64,000 bases of DNA from Spirochaetia bacterium (GTDB lineage: Bacteria; Spirochaetota; Spirochaetia; CADAEX01). Positions 59,902 to 64,000 of the stretch are shown piece by piece; position 1 is the first letter of the stretch, and each line of letters opens with the position of its first letter. The notes beneath the pieces are model-generated. The model saw only the letters and a program-made list of their open reading frames with translations. It was not told the DNA's origin and did no database searches. The stretch covers positions 64,001 through 128,000 of the forward strand of contig CAXXHA010000011.1 in NCBI GenBank assembly GCA_963662265.2. The letters run 5' to 3'. Made by a program: the position numbers and the translations under genes.

Positions 59902-60824
59902 GACTTATAAAAGCTGCCGGAAAGTATCTCAGGGCTGCAGCTGAGGCAAATGCCTTATATGCAGTTCTGCTGTCTTTAATAATTTTAAGCAGCTGTACAT
60001 CATTGAAAGACAGTTATAAAGCAGCCCCCTACAGTTCATTACCGGGGGGCTGTCTTTTTTATTTTGCCCTTGATCCTGTTATTCTTCCGCTTGATGAGGT
60101 GGAAGACAGCATAAGGCCTCTTCTTGAGAGAACAGAAGAAATAACAGGGGGAGCGATCCGGGGTGAATATTATCTCCTTTTAAGAGGGAGTTACCCGGAT
60201 ACTTTTGCTGAGAAAAGGATTTCTGAAACTGCCGGGTGGCTGAAAGGTGATTGTAATCACTGTTACCATAATGAAGATAGAAATATTTCCCTCTTTTTTG
60301 CAAGGAATAATCATATTTTTGTTTCAAATTACATGAATCCTGAATCTGGTGATAAACCGATTCAAAAGATCTATGATAATTATAAAAGAAGAAACAAAGA
60401 TGATATTGCAGATTCTTTTCCATCTGAATATTTTACAAACAGGGACAGGAGCAATCTGTTTCAGTTTTATTCAGAAAAAGGATCAGATATTGTTCCTGTT
60501 TTAAATGAAAGAAGGCTGGAATCTCCCGGAATAGGTGCTGTTGAAATAGTCCTGAAAGAATCAGTTTCTGATAAGAGGGAATTCATGTTTGAAAGCATAC
60601 TTTCTTTTTCTTCTGAGAAGGAGGCAGGTAGATACTCACCTGCATTGAAACTTGTGCTTCTTGATCTGATACGAAAAGAGGATTCCGGGTATAAAGCGGC
60701 AAACGGGAGAAGGTTTTCTGTTGTAAAGGATGAGAATATTTTAAGAGTTTCTGATATAATTGTTTCAGACAGGGTAACAGGCAGGTTTTTCAATAAAATT
60801 ATCCATACACCCCTCAGTAAATAG
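59874..60824 (+). CDS. Hypothetical lipoprotein
   Basis: Lipobox ILSSC; long ORF following ileS; start uncertain. Confidence 0.6.
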   Translation: MQDSAGKSIRLIKAAGKYLRAAAEANALYAVLLSLIILSSCTSLKDSYKAAPYSSLPGGCLFYFALDPVILPLDEVEDSIRPLLERTEEITGGAIRGEYYLLLRGSYPDTFAEKRISETAGWLKGDCNHCYHNEDRNISLFFARNNHIFVSNYMNPESGDKPIQKIYDNYKRRNKDDIADSFPSEYFTNRDRSNLFQFYSEKGSDIVPVLNERRLESPGIGAVEIVLKESVSDKREFMFESILSFSSEKEAGRYSPALKLVLLDLIRKEDSGYKAANGRRFSVVKDENILRVSDIIVSDRVTGRFFNKIIHTPLSK

Positions 60825-60827
60825 AGG

Positions 60828-60950
60828 ATTATTACCCCGCTTACAAACGGGGGGATGTGGTTCTGAACTGAAATTTCTAAAATTATGTAGCAAGATCCGG
60901 GTTATTAAACCGCCACAGGCGGGGATCTAAAACCCTTCTTGCGAATAAAA
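60828..60950. repeat. Two-hairpin REP/IS200-IS605-end-like element (longer copy)
   Basis: ccccg...cgggg hairpin at 60835-60852, ccgcc/ggcgg hairpin at 60910-60922, and tail aaccc...aataaaa shared with the reverse complement of 14421-14474. Confidence 0.45.
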
Positions 60951-60965
60951 AGGACAGGTATTCTG

Positions 60966-61574
60966 ATGAAAATTGGCGTGGTTGATTATGAGGCCGGGAA
61001 TTTAAGGAGTGTTGAAACAGTTCTTAAACACCTGGGAGCTGATTATATTATTTCAAACGATACTGATTTACTTTACAAGAGTGATAAGGTAATTTTTCCG
61101 GGTGTCGGAGAGGCAAGTTCCGCAATGTCAGTGCTCAAGAGGGATTCACTTGATGATTTTCTTAAAAGCTATGCAAAGACAGGGAAGCTTATTCTCGGTA
61201 TATGCCTGGGAAGCCAGATAATTCTTGACAGATCTGAAGAAGGCCCTGTTGACTGCCTTTCTCTTATCCCGGGAAATGTTGTTTCGTTTAAAAAGGAGAT
61301 GGGGCTGAAAATTCCTCAGATCGGATGGAACAGCGTTAAATCAGAAAAAGATCATTTTCTTTTCAAGGGGATTCCCGAAGGTTCATCCTTCTATTTTGTA
61401 CACTCATACTACACCGATGTTGAGGAAACGTATTCGATCGGAAAGACTGATTACGGTATCACATTTTCATCTGCACTTGCTAAAGACAATGTGTCTGCTG
61501 TACAGTTCCATCCGGAAAAGTCAGGCCGTCACGGCATAAAGCTTATTGACAACTTCCTTAAGGAGGAAAAATAG
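60966..61574 (+). CDS. hisH: Imidazole glycerol phosphate synthase glutaminase subunit
   Basis: DY.AGNL.SV, PGVG, GICLG.Q, P.IGWN, YFVHSY and QFHPEKS motifs. Confidence 0.96.
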   Translation: MKIGVVDYEAGNLRSVETVLKHLGADYIISNDTDLLYKSDKVIFPGVGEASSAMSVLKRDSLDDFLKSYAKTGKLILGICLGSQIILDRSEEGPVDCLSLIPGNVVSFKKEMGLKIPQIGWNSVKSEKDHFLFKGIPEGSSFYFVHSYYTDVEETYSIGKTDYGITFSSALAKDNVSAVQFHPEKSGRHGIKLIDNFLKEEK

Positions 61575-62345
61575 ATGCTTAAGAAAAGAGTGATTGTATG
61601 CCTCGATGTAAGGGACGGTAAAACAACTAAGGGAATTAAATTCAAGGGAAATATTGATATAGGTGACCCTGTGGAGATGGCTGAAAAGTATTATCTCGAA
61701 GGTGTTGATGAGCTTGTATTCTATGATATTACAGCCTCTGCCGAGAAGCGGGGGATAATGCTTGATGTTGTTGAAAAAGTCGCTGAGAAGATCTTTATTC
61801 CGTTTTCGGTAGGCGGTGGGATTGCTTCAGTTGCAGATATGAGAAGCGTTCTTCTTGCAGGTGCTGAGAAAATCAGCGTTAATTCACAGGCTGTGAAAAA
61901 TCCTTCAATTATTGAAGAGGGTGCATCTGTATACGGCAGGCAGTGCATAGTCCTTGGTATGGATGCATTATACGATGAATCAATGCCTTCCAGATACAGG
62001 ATTGTAATAAACGGCGGAAGAACTCCAACAGAACTCGATGCTCTTGAATGGGCCTTAAAGGCCGAGAAGCTTGGAGCGGGGGAGATTGTTCTCAACTCAA
62101 TTGATGCGGATGGTACAAAAGACGGGTATAATATTCATCTCACAAGAATGATGAGTGAAGCACTCAACATACCTGTTGTAGCTTCAGGCGGAGCAGGCAA
62201 GCCTGTCCATCTGAGGGATGTATTTACAGAGGGCAAGGCCGATGCTGCGCTTATTGCCTCAATGGTCCATTTCGGAGAGTACAGTCTTAAGGAAATCAAG
62301 GATTATCTTGACAGGGAAAATGTTCCTGTAAGACTTGACTGGTAA
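61575..62345 (+). CDS. hisF: Imidazole glycerol phosphate synthase cyclase subunit
   Basis: [43 protein letters not shown] and ASGGAG motifs. Confidence 0.96.
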   Translation: MLKKRVIVCLDVRDGKTTKGIKFKGNIDIGDPVEMAEKYYLEGVDELVFYDITASAEKRGIMLDVVEKVAEKIFIPFSVGGGIASVADMRSVLLAGAEKISVNSQAVKNPSIIEEGASVYGRQCIVLGMDALYDESMPSRYRIVINGGRTPTELDALEWALKAEKLGAGEIVLNSIDADGTKDGYNIHLTRMMSEALNIPVVASGGAGKPVHLRDVFTEGKADAALIASMVHFGEYSLKEIKDYLDRENVPVRLDW

Positions 62346-62643
62346 ATACCGGGTTTCAGTTTTAATAAAAGCTTTAATAGTAAAGGCTCTTTAAGTTAAT
62401 AATCGTCGAAGTAAAACAATATTTTTATATTGTTCTGATTTTAACAGTTATCTTGTCATAAACTGTTAAAATATATATATTATTAACAGGTGCATTATTT
62501 AATGCTTTAATTCCTGGTACTTTCTGCTCCGGCTGAAGACTGGGATTTGTCCTGAATTACACAGTACAGTTTAACTGACGCATTTGAAAACAGTTTTATT
62601 GTGCCTGGAAATAGATTATTTGTAAAAAGAAGGTAGAACAGAT

Positions 62644-62871
62644 ATGCCGACATATGATTATGAATGCAGTTCATGCGGTTTACAGTTTGAGGTTTTTCAG
62701 TCAATGTCTGATGACCCTATCAAGGAATGTCCAAATTGCGGAAAAGAGGTTAAGAGACTCGTAGGTGGAGGCCTCGGTGTTATTTTCAAGGGAAGCGGTT
62801 TCTACGTTACAGATAATAACAAAAGTAATTCTGCTGCTCCGGGAGCTTCCAAAAGTTCTGATAAGAAATAA
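62644..62871 (+). CDS. FmdB family zinc-ribbon protein
   Basis: MPTYDYEC..CG..FE..Q, CP.CG and FKGSGFY.TD motifs. Confidence 0.92.
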   Translation: MPTYDYECSSCGLQFEVFQSMSDDPIKECPNCGKEVKRLVGGGLGVIFKGSGFYVTDNNKSNSAAPGASKSSDKK

Positions 62872-62928
62872 TATCGAGAGATATAAAATAGCCGGACGCA
62901 GTAAAGAATAATGTTTCCGGACAAAAAT

Positions 62929-62962
62929 AAAAAAAGCTGTCTGGGATCAGACAGCTTTTTTT
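62929..62962. terminator. Bidirectional Rho-independent terminator
   Basis: A7-gctgtctg-ggat-cagacagc-T7. Confidence 0.85.
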
Positions 62963-62996
62963 ATGGATGTTTAAGTAAAATAATTAAGAGGTTTGT

Positions 62997-63476
62997 ATGT
63001 CCAAGGTGAAAAAAACCAACGCTGTGCGAATTCTGGACAGCAGGAAAATATCTTATAAAATATATACATATGAAACAGACGACGGGTTTAATGACGGAAT
63101 ATCTGTCGCTTCTAAAATATTTAAAGATACAGATTCTGTTTTCAAGACTCTTGTAACTGAAGGGGTGAAAAAGGAAATATTTATTTTTATTATTCCTGTT
63201 GCATCGGAACTTGATTTAAAAAAAGCAGCTTCAGTTGCGGGTGAAAAAAAGATTGATATGGTACCTGTTAAGAAGATTTTTGATTTAACCGGGTATATCA
63301 GGGGAGGATGCTCTCCTGTCGGAATGAAAAAACTCTATAAGACTTTTATTGACTGCTCGGTTGAAAATATTGAAAATATAATAGTCAGCGGCGGAAAAAT
63401 AGGGCTTCAGATTGAAATGACACCTGATGATCTCATTAAAATAATAGATGCTGAAGTCGCTGATGTTGTTAAATAA
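62997..63476 (+). CDS. ybaK: Cys-tRNA(Pro) deacylase YbaK
   Basis: KTNA.R.L, VFKTLV, LDLKK.A, TGYIRGGCSP.GMKK and SGG..G.QIE motifs. Confidence 0.93.
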   Translation: MSKVKKTNAVRILDSRKISYKIYTYETDDGFNDGISVASKIFKDTDSVFKTLVTEGVKKEIFIFIIPVASELDLKKAASVAGEKKIDMVPVKKIFDLTGYIRGGCSPVGMKKLYKTFIDCSVENIENIIVSGGKIGLQIEMTPDDLIKIIDAEVADVVK

Positions 63477-63511
63477 TGTCGGTAAAAGTGAAAGCCTCTT
63501 AATCCTGATTT

Positions 63512-64000
63512 TTATTCTGCAGGGTAAAGCACTCTTATCCCGTTGATATTGCGTGATGGCCCGGAACCCCATTTGTCCGAAATATTGTAAATTTTATTGA
63601 ATATATGTTCTTCAGGGAATTCCGGGTCATTCATGAAAAAACCATCAGAATCATATCCTGTAAGAACAATGTAATGGGGCGCATTTTTATAAGTCACTTC
63701 TGCTATAACAGGCTTTCTGCTGTCCAGATAGTATTTTATCAGCAATGTATCTGCAGGTCCTGCTTTCCAGTCAAAACGTGTATATACATATCCTTTATTA
63801 TAATTGCAGATAGAAGGCCAGTAGAGTTTTACTTTACCAAGATATTTTATCCCTTCATATGCATCTTCAAAACCGTTGTTTTTTTTCAGCCAGTTGTTCA
63901 GGTTATCCGGTGTTATATTATTGCCGCTGAAATATGACAGTACCATTGAAATACTGGTTAGAGCGCAGCCGTGTGTTCTTATAGTGAGATCTGATCCTGT
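63512..64000 (-). CDS. C39-like peptidase family protein (5' end outside the window)
   Basis: The frame is open to the window edge: TIRTHGCALTSISMVLSY (Cys), TP..LN.WL, HYIVLTG (His) and NDP. Confidence 0.8.
   Translation of the reverse strand, partial: TGSDLTIRTHGCALTSISMVLSYFSGNNITPDNLNNWLKKNNGFEDAYEGIKYLGKVKLYWPSICNYNKGYVYTRFDWKAGPADTLLIKYYLDSRKPVIAEVTYKNAPHYIVLTGYDSDGFFMNDPEFPEEHIFNKIYNISDKWGSGPSRNINGIRVLYPAE

Overview
AT-rich bacterial chromosomal window, most likely from a free-living anaerobic spirochaete (Spirochaetia). This is inferred from the 'WAGGKKE'-type binding-protein N-terminus, spirochaetal lipoboxes, a MurE with EDPR instead of DNPR, and a type-2 IleRS. Bases ~1-5.7 kb and parts of 17.5-22.3 kb carry many single-base frameshifts, mostly at homopolymers, probably long-read errors. 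Content in order: a sugar-binding protein overlapping a Cache/HAMP/PAS/GGDEF diguanylate cyclase; an RDD-SpoIIM-DUF4129-DUF4350-MoxR-DUF58 operon; NagD; two orphan binding proteins; a Re-citrate-synthase-like enzyme with a C-terminal Cache-like domain; a two-component system with a TRAP transporter; an AGE epimerase. Next is a ~12 kb LacI-controlled sugar cluster with two identical perfect operators, combining a Gfo/Idh/MocA oxidoreductase, a TIM-barrel isomerase, a ROK kinase, a GmhA-like isomerase, an HldE-kinase/HAD fusion and a monosaccharide ABC importer. Then follow asparaginase, a C1 peptidase, DeoR with an AfuABC-like importer, MocR/EamA, murE, queD with an orphan DNA adenine MTase, arfB, DHH and HD-GYP phosphodiesterases, tRNA-Phe, ileS with a structured non-T-box leader, hisH/hisF and ybaK. 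No CRISPR array, prophage, transposase or rRNA was seen. The best candidates for novelty are (i) an apparently catabolic use of heptose-pathway enzymes and (ii) an ileS leader containing two copies of the tRNA-Ile anticodon-loop sequence CUGAUAA. All family assignments are by eye; no searches were run.
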